Both the position numbers and the translations under genes were made by a program. From NCBI GenBank assembly GCA_013239625.1, contig MU053881.1, forward strand, positions 1,488,001-1,552,000: a DNA stretch of 64,000 nt. Direction: 5' to 3'. Shown piece after piece: positions 36,273 to 48,164 of this stretch (position 1 is the first letter of the stretch; each line of letters starts with the position of its first letter). The notes beneath the pieces are model-generated. The model did not search any database. It had not been told where the DNA came from and worked only from the letters and a program-made list of their open reading frames with translations. This stretch comes from Lama guanicoe. Lineage: Eukaryota.

Positions 36273-38999
36273 CTCTAGGCAACTTGTTTGGACCCAAGAG
36301 TCAATTCCGAGCAGATGCTTCCAATGCCAGCATTTCCTCTGCGTCTTCTTGATTCTCTTGCCATTTCAGACCTAGATCAAGAAACCTTTTTTTTTTCTTT
36401 CAAACGCACAGATCATTTTTCCGAAGCATTTACAGTACATGTTGTTACAAAAAAATAAAACCAGATTCCAGTGCGCGTGTTCTATAAATCCATCTGGTTC
36501 ACAGAAAAATATTTACAAATACGGACACAGAAGGAATTTAAAGATACTTGCGGGTGAGGAGCCAGCAGATTAGCTGCATGTTGCCTGCTCTGTGGTCTGG
36601 CCAGCGCGTGTCTACGTAAACACATCTCAGACACAAATGATGAACTGAGGAACTATAGGTAGAACAGTTTATTTCGCCAGCATCCCAGATCATCCTGGGA
36701 AGCTCATTTATGCATACTTTTCTTGCCCAAATGTTTTCAGATAGTAAATTAAATAAACAACAGTGATGGTTGGTACTTTTTAGTTCCTCCAGGTGTTTGG
36801 CACTTGTGCGTTCCTGCCCCTGAAACTCAAGGATCTTTTAACTCTTACAGCAGGAACTTGAGGAGGAGGCCCGAGCTGGCTTTATTTTTTAAAGTTGGAC
36901 TGTTTTACCAAGTGCCCTGGCATATTAGGTTCTCTAGGTACTGTTTGCATTCTTCGCACTTAATGCTTTAATCCCTTGGTGTGGACCCGAGCAGGGAGTC
37001 TCAGTGGAGGCGGTGCTTCAGGGGAGCCTTGCCCCTGCTTGTCTTTGGCCCTGGGATTATGACACATTGGCTGAGATTTTTCGAGCCCTGGCCTGCAGCC
37101 TTGGGTCAACTTCAGGTTTATTCACTGTGGTCATCAGGGACCTCTGAGCCCAACATGGGCACGTAGACCAGGCCCCCAGATGTGAGCAGCCCAGAAGCTC
37201 GGCTGAGGCCCCCCTGCTATCTGCCCTCCCCTCAGGGTCCCGTCTCCCTGTGCCCACTGGTCTGGGTCACCTTCTTGACTTCTGCCTCTTGACTGATGGA
37301 AATGGTCCTGAGGCCAGCCTCAGAGGGGCCAGATGAGGGATGGAGAGCCCTGGGCCTTGGCGCATCCTCAGAGCCTGCTTCCTCTGAACTCAGAGCAGCA
37401 CCAGGGCCTTAGACTCAGAGGCTGGATTTACCCCTGGGCAGAGGAGTGGAAGATAAGTTATAGGTCATGCTGGGCAGGTAGCAGCAGCTGGGCCCAGATG
37501 CAGTCCACCAGGGACTGCCCCCCACCCCTCCCCCAGCACACATTCACTCCTCCTCTGGGAGCTCTCGAGGGTGAGGCTCATGTGGGGTCCCTTGATGCCA
37601 GAGACGTGCCCACCTGCTCCTGGTCTCTGTGTTCCCTTCCTCACCTGCACCCTCTGCCCGGACCTGTTTCATCCAAGGTAGAGCATAAAAAGCAGGAAGA
37701 GGGTTATGATCAGGCACCCCCCCCCGCCCCCACCCCCCACCCAGAGTGAGGTGAAAGAGCAAGATTGCAGCCCTCCAAGGTGGAGGGCGTGGTCCTGTCT
37801 CAAGGAACATTGAACCTGGAGACAGACATCCCAGGTTGTTCAAGGGCTCATTCTGACACTTGACGGCACGGTGGTCCTTGGGAGGGAGACAGCGGGAAGG
37901 AAGGAATCTCCAGGAGACGAGGCTCTGAAAGTGCTCTGTCAACTGTGCGGGCCAGACCGAACCCTGGCTGCGCTGCCTACCGCCGCACAACTTTGACCGA
38001 CAGGTGTACCCTCCCTGACCCTCAGTCTCTTCCTTTGCAAAATGGGGATACCACCCCTCAAGCATGAAATGAGTTGAGCCCACAGTTTCTCCACAGGCAA
38101 GTACCTGATCAGTGTTAGCTGTCAGCTCTGTGTCCTACACAGTGAGCTGTGGGGTGAGCAGGGCTCATCTTTGGGTTCCCACCCTCTTTGCTCAGTAAGG
38201 ATGGCTTAGCTGTGTCACCAGAGGCCACACAATGACACCATAAGAAAGCAGCAGCTCATCCACCACTCTGGTGCCTTTGTTCTGAGGCATCCCTGGTGAA
38301 TCCCTGACCGTGGTACATTTGGGGGAAAGCCAGCGGAGTGTCTCTAGGTGGTTTTCAGCAGAAACGGTGTTCTGTGCATTCTCTCCACACTGTCAACACA
38401 GCTAAACACCAGGCATCTGAGTTTGGGACTCAGAGCCCCCGTCCCAGGACAGTGTTCAGGGCCGTTGGCTGCCTCACCTGGCCTCTTGGCAGGATGCTTC
38501 TCATGCCCGCTCGCTTTCACTCACGCCGACCTCTGCCTGAAGGCCCCACCCTGCCCTGAGTCCAGGCGCGTCCTTTGAGACTCGGTTAACACGTCATTGG
38601 CTCTGTGAAGTCAGCCCTGGATGCCCAGACAGAATTAAACAGGCTCCCGGGGTCCTCGCATAGTGCCTGGCACACCGTGTGTGACGCTGATCGCCATGGC
38701 CGGTGGCGTAGCTGCCTCTCCCGCCAAGCGTCATATCCTGTTATTAACAAAGACAGCAGTGAAAGAATGGCAGGCAGCATATTCCGTGCTAGCGAGGTGG
38801 CAAGCATTCTCGCCCAAGATCTGATTCATTCCTCTGCAGCAGAGCCCGGAAGTTATAGGGACAAAGGGGAAACTTTCTTGGGGCCGCCCCCAAACATACC
38901 ATCTAAGTAAAAACACCTGCCCCGCGCTGCTACTGCGACTTGCAAAGCAGCTCCCACCTCACCAGCCTAAATCGGAAATTCTGGGGCTGCCAAGGATGC

Positions 39000-39110
39000 C
39001 TAGGAGATGGGTCCTATTGTTGTCCAATCTTACAGATGAGGAAACTGAGTCTTAGCTGAAATATCCACCTGCAGGTCACAAGGCAGAGCGAGGACTAGGA
39101 CCCCACGTGT
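39000..39110 (-). mobile_element. MIR SINE
   Basis: ttacagatgaggaaactgag...aggtcacaaggcagagcgaggactaggaccc. Confidence 0.75.
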
Positions 39111-40150
39111 CCGCCACCATAACCTGTGGTCTGAAGTCGGGGCCTCTCTGCCTTTCTCTGTGTCCGGCTCTGGGCTCGGCACCAGCCTCGGCTTTGCCAA
39201 GTGAAGGGTTGAACGTGGGCCCCCTGAACCATGTCACTTGAAGGTCACTACAGGCCGCAGTGGGGACACGCTGTTCCCTGGGCTCCCCGTCCGCAAATGA
39301 CAAATTCAAAGTGAACTTTGGCCAAGGAGGTAATTCAGCTCGGAGCTCTCAACCTTACCCCTTTCCCTTTCCACTTCATCTGGTGATTAAAAGGGAGGAG
39401 AAAAAATACAATACACACCTCCCCCAGGGGCCCAGGGCTCTGGGATCTGGTTCCAGAAACAGAAAGTTTACTTTATTAGCTGTCAAAGAAATTTTGCTGT
39501 GACCCCAAAGTAATTTCCCCAGAGAGAGGCAAATCTCCAGGAGCCAGGAATAGACGAAAAGATTATTGCTTACCCTGCTGGGCAAGCAGCGCCCGTATCC
39601 GGTGCCGTTCCGAGCCCAGCGAGCCGCTCTGGATCGGTGCCTACCCCCTGCCTCGACGGCAGAGGCTCCTGGGAAACCTGGGGTCAGCCAGCAGCCAGCT
39701 GTGGGGTCAGCGTGGGGTGCCCTGCGTGAGCCCCCCTGGGGGCAAGGGGCACGCTGAGGTTCAGGAGGAACTTGCCTTGCAGGAAGGGCCAGAAGGTTTG
39801 GATCAGGCTGCGTTTGATCCCACCTTGTTAAGTTCCAATTCTGTGGTCCTGAGAAAATTATACCCTCTCCTCCCCATCACCCCAGGCCTGTTTCCTGGGC
39901 TGTGAAATGGACATGTGGGCGAGGTGCCTGGCCTCTCCAGGAGCACAGTTCTCACCTGCACCCTGACTGGGGTCCCCTGCCCTAGACTGCCGCTGTGAGG
40001 TCCAAGACTGGGGTCCCAGGGAGTCACCCCCAAAGGGGACACTTGCTGCAGGCTGAGGCTCAGCCTAGGCTCATCTCTGGGCTCATCAGCCTCCAATGCC
40101 CTCATTCGGACTCACCACTTTACAGACAAGGAGTGAGGTCCAGTTCCTGC

Positions 40151-40608
40151 TGTTGCAGAAAAATGTATTACAGCTTAGTTGAGACAGCAACCTGGATCCA
40201 GGCGAGAGACCAAGCAGCACTCAGAAAGCTGGCGAACTCAGGTTTATTACGCCAGCGAGCCCAAAGGAGTTAACAATCCAAGCTCTGGACCCCATCTGAA
40301 CGTTTACACAGGCTTTTATAGGCTGCCAGTTTACACTTTGCAACATCATATGCAAATAAGGTGTAACAAAAGTTGACTAATTAGGAACAAGCTTTGTAGA
40401 AATGGGCCAATCAGGAGGGAGAGAAAGAACCAATCAGGAGTGAGCTCAACAGAATTTTAGGGGTAAGTTCCACTTTCCTAGAACTAAACTGTTTCTGAGG
40501 CAAAAAATGAAATAGCCTCTGGGCCAGGGAACCCGACGGTGCTGGCAGGAGAGTAGTGGCCCTGCTTGGGGTTCCTGCCGGTTTTGTTTAATGGGGCTTC
40601 CCACCTCA
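40151..40608 (-). mobile_element. Solo ERV1-type LTR, 458 bp
   Basis: TG...CA termini, 4-bp TSD ctgc (40147-40150 and 40609-40612); minus-strand TATAAAA (40314-40320) and AATAAA (40243-40248) in U3-R-U5 order. Confidence 0.85.
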
Positions 40609-40953
40609 CTGCCATTCACAGCCACCGCGTGGCAGAACCCATCGACCTAGTCCAGGTCCAGGCATTTCTCCCCACTCCGCTGTGCTGTGCGAAGCTGTCC
40701 TGGTGGGACCACATGTGGCTACAACACCTGGAGAGGGGACACTTGGGGACACTTGCAGCCACTGACAGTGTGGCAAGGAGATGCTGGGGAAGCCGCAGAG
40801 CGGGAAAGAGCATGTCCTGCCACTTTTCTGCGGCGTGACCTTGGGCATGAGTGCGTGACCCTGGGCACACCAGTTACCCTCTGTAAACCTTGATTTCCCC
40901 ATCTGTAAAGCGGAGGTAGCAGTACTGCCTGCCTCTTGGGGTTGCTGGGAGGG

Positions 40954-41334
40954 TGCATTCATCTACTCGGGCTGCCATGACAAAATACCGCAGAGCGGGT
41001 GGCTGAAATGACGTAAATGTATTTTTTCACAGTTCTAAAGGCAGGGACGTCCGAGACCAAGGTGTCGGCAGGGCTGGCTTCTCCTGAGGCCTCTCTCCTG
41101 GCCTGCAGACGGCCGCCTTCTCCCTGTGATTTCACGTGGCCTTCCTTCTCTGCTTGTCTGTGTCCTGGTCTCCTCTTCTTAGAAGACAGAAGTCACTGGA
41201 TTAGGACCCAACCTCATTTTTAATTAGTTACCCCTTGAACAGCCCTATCTCCAAATAGAGTCAAATTCTGAAGTACCGGGAGGGGCGGGGACTTCAGCAT
41301 ATGAATTTTGGGCAGCATAGTTCAGCCCACAAGA
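40954..41334 (-). mobile_element. MLT1B-like MaLR solo LTR, inserted next to or into a MIR (40850-40953)
   Basis: gggctgccatgacaaaatacc...caaggtgtcggcagggctgg...ccctatctccaaatagagtcaaattctgaagtac...ttcagcccacaa. Confidence 0.88.
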
Positions 41335-41354
41335 AAGTGTTAAAAGACAGGGAG

Positions 41355-42161
41355 TGTGGTATATTAAAAAATAATAATAAATAAATAAACATCTGGTCTT
41401 TGGCCCTGGTTCCTGCTACAAAGCTCCTAAAACCGTTGGAATCGCCAGGGTGATAAGTGTCTTTTGTGTGCTGAGATGACCGGTAGCTTGCAGGGGGGTG
41501 GGGATGGGGACTCCCTAGCTTTGGGATGAGGACTGGTTGCTAGAAAGACCAAGACAGGATTACAGGGTTGGAACTTTCAACTTTCCCCTTCCTCCACCTC
41601 TAGGGAAGGGTGAGGGGCCAGAGGTTGAGTGCAGTCAACCCTGGCCCAAGACTTGATCAGTCCTGCCTCTCTGATGAAACCTCCTAAACCCTAAACCATG
41701 AGGTTCCAGGTTCAGAGAGCCTCTGGGTTGGTGAACACCGACATGTGCCAGGAAGGTGGTACACCCCCACCCCATGGGACCGAGGTTCCTACACTCAGGA
41801 CCCTTCCAGACCTTGCCCTGTCACCTGGCTGTCCAGCTGCACCCTTTATAGTAAACCAGTAAACGTAAGTAAAGTGGCTTCCGAAGGTCTGTGAGCCAAT
41901 CTAGGAAATCATCAAATCTCGGGGAGTAGGTCGTGGGGACCGCCAGTTTATAGCCAGCTGGGCAGCAGTATGGATGGCCCGGTACTTGTGACTGGTCTCT
42001 GAAGTGGGGGCAGGCTCACGGGACCGAGCCTTTAAGCCTGGGGGGTCTGTGTGCTGACTCCCGGGAGTCAGCGTCTGAATTGAAATGAATTGTGGGACAC
42101 TCAGTTGGTGTTGGAAAGTTGGAGAAGCGAGATTGGAAATGACATCACATTTTTGGTGTCA
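41355..42161 (+). mobile_element. MER21-like LTR
   Basis: ctcctaaaaccgttggaat, agaaagaccaagacaggatta, caggacccttccagaccttgccct, tctgaagtggggg; tg...ca ends flanked by ggag on both sides. Confidence 0.8.
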
Positions 42162-42589
42162 GGAGGGCAAAGGCCTCTCAGAGAGTGAAAAACCCAGTAA
42201 GCTGGAGTTTTGATGGTGTCAGTGGGGATTGGAAGGTGATGGTCCTTAGGATTTGAGTTGGCTGGTGGGGGGAGGGGGCTGGGGGGGCACTAGCAACCAG
42301 CCCACCGAGGGTAAGGGCCCCAGACAGGGCAGCCGCAAAGCTGAAATGGGAGTCCGCCCAGGAGAGTTGGCGGAGCAGGAGAGAGGCCAGGTGCACGTGG
42401 CCAAGAGAGGCGCTCACGCCGGTGGGGTGGGGGCGCTTGCTGCCCCTCCCCCAGGACTTGCCTGCATTCTTCCTCCCTCCGCTTCTGCCTGGCATCCTCT
42501 CCCTCCTTCCAGGCAGGAATGAATCTCTTTAGTGGGAGAGTGACACAGGCATCACTGGGTGCAAACCCACAGACCCGGCCCTGGGTGTT

Positions 42590-43024
42590 TGAGAGTGTGA
42601 GTGAGTGACGGGCCTATTCCTGTTCTGCTCTGATCACAGCACAACTGAGCCCTGTGGACTCCGGGGTGTCCTGACTTCCGGTGGGGTTCAGCCAATGGGA
42701 GCGCAGGAAGAAGATGAGGGGGCGGGGAGAAGAGGAAACCAGGGTATTTCTGCGCCTCCCTCCCTGCCGGGGCCACACTGCCTGCCTCTGGTCCAGCTTT
42801 TGTTGGTGATCCCAGTCCCCGGGCAGTAACACAGCCCCCTCTCGGTTGTCCTGCTCACCTAGGGGTGCTAGCAGCTTTCTGCTGTTGCTAAATGTTGGGT
42901 TATTTTAAATGTCCTCTCTTTGGCCTCGCAACCCGTGCCACACCTGTGTAACAAGCTCCCTGCATTGTATTTCCAATGTGGTAAACACTTGCAGCGGTTT
43001 CTCTGTTTTTAGAACCTGCCTACA
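42590..43024 (+). mobile_element. LTR33-like ERVL LTR
   Basis: gacttccggtggggttcagccaatgggag...cctaggggtgctagcagctttctgctgttgcta...cacacctgtgtaacaagctccc. Confidence 0.7.
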
Positions 43025-43443
43025 TAAATAAGAGTAAAGCCTTTGTTCTGACGCCTTCAAAATAAAAGAAAAATGTTCTGGAAGTTGCTTTGAAAGTCTC
43101 CATCTGTGATTAATGGTAGCCAGAGTCTTAGAACATTCGCGGAAATGCCGGTTCTTTATATCCCAAGACCTTAAAAGCATATTGTAAAAAGTCCCTTTCT
43201 TTTTTGGCCCGGACTTCAAATTAACTTCTTACTTTTCTAATCAGAATTTGTAAATCATTTCTCGTTTCTCATGGATTTCTGATTGATTTCTGTTCTCTGC
43301 CAATGGAAAGTTTTGGTGGAAGATTTTTCTCCCCGCCCCGTGTTTTGTCTACGTAGCTGAAAGCACCACTGACAACTTTGAAATAACCCATCTCAAAATG
43401 AGGGGCTCCGTGACTGGCAGTTTGGGGCAATTCAAGAGTGGTC

Positions 43444-43915
43444 TGTATTAGTTTCCTGTGGCTGCTATGACGCATTGTCGCTATCTTGGTAGCTTTAAAC
43501 CACGTACGTTTATTCTCTTAAAGTTCTGGAAGCCCCAGGTGAGTTTTACAAGGCTAAAACCAAGGGTCAGGAGGGCTGGTTCCTTCTGGAGGCTGTACAG
43601 GAGAATCTATTCCTTGCCTCTCTCAGCCTCCAGTGGCCGCCGGCACTCCCTGGTCTGTGGCTGCATCACTGGAGTCTCTGCTCCGTGGCCACACTGCCTC
43701 CCACTCTTCTGTGTCTGACCTCTCTTTGCCCCCTTCTTATAAGGACACTTGTGATGGCATTTTGGGCCTGCAGGATAATCCGGGGTAATCTCCCCATCAC
43801 AACATCCTTAACTTAATCACGCCTGCCAAGGTCCTTTTGCCACGTTAGGAACCTTTCAGAGGTTCTGGGGGTTAGGACACACATATTCCTGGGGGCCACT
43901 ATCCAGCCAACCACA
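43444..43915 (-). mobile_element. MLT1D-like MaLR solo LTR
   Basis: tgtattagtttcctgtggctgct...ttataaggacacttgtgatggca...cttaacttaatcac...ccagccaaccaca. Confidence 0.88.
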
Positions 43916-44119
43916 GTGCCTTTCAGAACTTTGTTGTGGCAGTCATGTTCCAGAACTTTCTCCGTGTGGATAGATCTCTGCCCTCAGCACAAGCTTTCCA
44001 AAACCAGCTGCAACCAAGAGACATCCTGTAACAGGAGGGTGGCTCCTGAGCTATGCAGGTGGTTCCCAAGTGCAGCTCCCCGCCTGGCCGTCTTATGGCC
44101 CCTGCACTGCCATTCAGCA

Positions 44120-44520
44120 TCTTGAATCACCAACTTGTTCCTTAAACTGACCGTTCACCGTCTGTGTCTTTGCTGGTGCTGCTTCTGATGCCTGGAACTC
44201 CCGCCTCCCTCCTCTGCCTCGAGAGCTCTGCTCATCCTTCCAGGCTCGTCCCCACCACCACCTCTTCTGTTGTCTCCCCAGTCTGTGTTCCTGCAGCCAC
44301 TGCTGGTGTCCAGGTCTGCAGGGACCCACCCAGGGCATCACCACAGAGTTGTCACTGCCTGACCCCCAGGTAGGGACGTGCTCGCTCCCCTCTGTGCCCC
44401 ACCATACCTGGCAGCCCCAGGGCCCGCATGCATGTGAGCATGAGTGAATAGCCACAGCCTGGGTCTCGGGGCCTGGCACAGACCAGACGCTCAGGGAACG
44501 CGAATTGTGTGGATTCGAGC
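44120..44520 (+). mobile_element. L2 LINE fragment
   Basis: tgcctggaactccc...ctcatccttccaggctc...gggcctggcacaga. Confidence 0.5.
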
Positions 44521-44767
44521 AAACCGATGACCTCGTTCTCATTTCATCAAAATATACCCTAGTTCCCATGCTGCTGTTTAGAGGAACATGCGATTCTGTT
44601 GGTTCCCTTTCTCAGCATCTTGCCTGGAGTTGGAGAATGGGCCCAGCATTCCCTGCACACTTGTGTACATGTGCATGCGTGTGTGCACGTGTGAGCCTTT
44701 CCCACAGGTGGACAAGTCGGGGGTTGACAGCCCCCATGAACAGATAAAGCTCACCTTTTAAAAAAAA

Positions 44768-44899
44768 TATTTTATTTATTTATTAATTTATTTTGGTGGT
44801 GGTGGAGGAGGTAATTAGGTTTGTTTACTTTTAGAGGAGGTCCTGGGGGTTGAACCCAGGACCTCGTGCAATCTAAGCATGCGCTCTACCACTTGCCAC
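44768..44899 (-). mobile_element. Vic-1-like SINE
   Basis: ggtaattaggtttg...ttgaacccaggacctcgtgc...ctctaccact; TSD aagctcaccttttaa (from 44747) / aagctccacctttcaa (from 44900). Confidence 0.9.
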
Positions 44900-46139
44900 A
44901 AGCTCCACCTTTCAAGAAAACAGAACTGCTCTTCTTCTCCTTGTCTTCCCAGGGCCCATTTTGTCCTTTCCAGGGGACAGTGAGCCCTGGGGGTGGAATT
45001 GTGCAACCAGAGCCATTCATCCTTGGGAAATTAGAACCCATGGCTGGAATTCTTGGCCACAAGTGGCAGAATTCCAGGGGGCGGAGGCCCTGGAACTCGG
45101 GCCCCTGGTGAGGTCACCCGTGCATCTTTGTTAATGGCGCGCATAGAAGAATCTCCTCGTGGGGTGTGATCCACGTGGGGTGTATTCCCAGCAGGAGGAG
45201 CATTAAGACACCAGCTCTCAGGAGACCTGAAATGAACGCACAGTTGAGATAATGTGGTACATTCTGGATTAAGCACCCTACGTTCAAGCTGAAGGTCTCA
45301 AAGTGACAGTTCCACCCAGAAGTATTTAATGCTCTTAAAATTTAGCATTCAAACGGGCAAACCACTGCACACAGGTCTTTCTGGGTGGACCTGCAGGCAC
45401 GTCTGAGCTGCCCACCCTGACTGAACACCTGTGGGACCTGCTGGGCACAGGGTGTGCAGTCTGACTCCAGAACCCACCTGGACACGGAGCGTGCAAGGGC
45501 CGCACCGGGAACGGGAAGGGCACGGTCAGTGGGGACAGACTGAGCCTGGGCTCCAGCTGTGCCTGGCGGGGCAAGGAAGGTGGTGGGGTTAGAGCCAGGC
45601 CATAGGTGGGGGAGAGGAAGGAGAACCGCCCCACCCAGTGAGACCCTCTCAGGGGAGGCTGAGACATTGGATGGTACCCAGTAGGAGCCATGGAGGGTGG
45701 AGCAGGGAGGGAGGGACACAGTCAGGGACACAGTCAGGGCCACGTGTTCAGAAGGTCCCTCTGTTAACAGTGTGGAAATGGGCTGGGGGAGACACTTGTA
45801 GTGTCTGAGCAAGAGACCATGGGCCTCACCAGGAAGATGGGGGCTTAGATAGGAACTCTTGGGCGTCCCCAGCCTGGATGCCCCATGGGCCTGGATGACC
45901 ATGAGGCTCAGATCAAGGGAGCAGAGAAGCTTTCTGCAGAGGAAAGGAAGGGAAAGGCGCTTTACCCTCTGGTCGTTGAAGAGGGAACTGCGGTGTGGTG
46001 GCAGGAGCACTGGGCTTGAGGCAGGCAGGCCTGGTCACCCCATCTGCCCTTTGTTTCCCAGGGTGCATCACTGCACTTCCTGGGACTCACACTTCCTCAT
46101 CTGTGAGGCCGACGTTCCTAGGCAGTCGCCTGCCCCCCA

Positions 46140-46810
46140 ACTCTCCTCCTCCAGCATCGGACCCAGGGAGCCGGGTGGCGGCTCTGCCAGGCCCCCGTGA
46201 GAAGCACGCAGGCCTGGGAGGGGCTGGGGCGCAGTGGGGCCCCAGGGAGCTGGCTGCAGGGCTGCCGGTGTGCGTGTGGTGCTGGTCCCGGGATCCCGGG
46301 GTGGGGAGGGAGCCGGCCTCACGGATGCGGCCGCAGCCCGCCCCCGCCACCCCGCAACTGCATCACCTGAGGCCTGGGGCTGATGGACTCATCTGGGCAG
46401 CCGGGGGGTTAAAATCCAAATGCTGGGCCTAATTCAGGAACAGAATGTGGCGCTGAGATAAACGGCCACAGGCACAGAGAGCAACAGTGTCCTGGAGGAG
46501 CAGGAGACGTCCTGTCCCCAGCCCGGCCCCCACTCACAACCAGGGCGCTGGCGTGATGGGGTCGGGAGGAAGGGCCGCCGTCCTGGGTCGAGGGCTGGGG
46601 AGGCCCGGGTGCTGGGCGGAGGCCGCCAGCCAGCAGGCCGGGCCAGGGCAGCACGTCCAGAGCATTCACCCAGGCCCCGCCACAAGGAGTTCCGAGGACC
46701 AGGATGAGGCAGAGGCCCCCCCAGGGCGGCTGGAGGCTGCGGGCCCCACGCCGAGCTTGGCCGGGCGTCCAGTCCGCCCCCCAGGCCCGCGCGCTGAGGC
46801 CTCAGCGTGT
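46140..46810. promoter_or_regulatory. Borderline CpG island
   Basis: About 45 CpG in about 670 bp by manual count, roughly 70% GC, GC-box-like cccgcccccgcc. Confidence 0.45.
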
Positions 46811-48164
46811 GAAGCCCATCCTCTTGTCCCCTCCAGAGAGAAACTCTGTGTTCACGGTTTCTGTCCAGAGACTACTAAAGTTTGTCTTCAGCCTTCATGT
46901 TATGGCTCCCTGTAAGCAGGTTTAATTGCTTTACATTTTGGAGAAATAAAGAAAAAACACTCAGACGTGTGGGGCTCCTCTCGTCCCAGCCCCATGGTGT
47001 CTGGCTGGGTTGGGGTTCTTAACAAGAAAATTCTCTTGAGGGATTTTTGGTTCAGGATGGCTCCTTAACATTCTTCTCCCTTCAGTTTATAAAGCAAAAG
47101 AGCCAGCCCAGAGCCCCTCAGACCTGGGCAGAGGTGGCCAGCCTTGGGGTCTGCCCAGCTCCTTCTTGCCTGAACAGAGGTCAGGCTGGGGAGCCAGAGG
47201 CCTCTCCCTCCCAACGGAGCCTCAAGGAGGCGGCCTTGGGGGTCACTTTGCTCGGTCAGCTTTGTTCACGTGAGGAGCTTGTGGTGTCTTCTCGAAAGGT
47301 ATGCAGTGACCCTTCACCTCGTCGCCCAGGTCGTTCCTCCTGGGCTCTGAGGCGGCCTTGGACGCCCTGGTAGTTGCTCCTGATGGGGACGGTGCCTCCC
47401 TCTCTCCTGTGCTGGGGTCAGGAGGAAGGGGACATGGATTGGACTCACTAGGCCTGAGTTCAGTTCTCTTATTCATCAGTTGACTGACCTGATGCAAGTC
47501 AGTAAACGACCCCAGCCCTCAGTTTCTTTACCTGAAAAATGGGCTCAGTGGTGGGACTCCGTGGGGCGGCTGCAAGATGCAGCTGCTGTAATGAAAATGC
47601 AGGTGGGCGCCCCCCTCCACGCTGGTCCCTCTGCGGGGTGGCCCCGGGCCCACCTGGCACAAGGAGACTGGCTTCCGCTGCAGAGGCACCACTTCCTGCC
47701 TTTGGTCCCAGTTCCAGGGCAAACCCCAGAGGAAACAGGGCACGAGGGGGCCTCAGGAAGAGCCTGGGACAAATTCACCTTTGGGGCTGACCATCCCATG
47801 GGGCTTTGGGGAGTTCACCTCCCAGCACACAGCACAGGTGCCTGTGGAACTGTGAGCGCAGTGTTGTCTGGGGGTCCGGCCGCTTTCTCTCATGGGAGCC
47901 ATGCTTGGCTCATTTTGACCCATCCATCACCAGCTCCTACAGAGACGTCAGAGGCGAACCCACCACCCATCATGGGAGGATGTCAGCACAGCTCCCCAGC
48001 TTGGAGGATGAGCAAAATTTCCTCCCTGGAGTGCCAATGTAGGATGGGGAGGCCAAAGGAGTGGGTCTCCTGTCCGATGCCACACAGCTGCTAAGCAGGT
48101 GACAGAGTCAGGGATCCCAGTGCTGCCCCTCTGTGACGTGGGAAAATGAGTCCTCCTTGAACTG

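Noticed and set aside
45710..45742. agggacacagtc tandem duplication, plus short (AAT)n at 9675 and (GAATA)n at 17107
   Set aside because: Ordinary slippage repeats with no further structure.
45342..46010. Longest ORF (222 aa, minus strand)
   Set aside because: Non-ATG start, Pro/Ser/Leu-rich composition typical of GC-rich non-coding DNA, no recognisable domain.
47480..48094. 204-aa ORF
   Set aside because: TTG start, overlaps a MIR-like fragment, no recognisable homology, overlapping ORFs in several frames.
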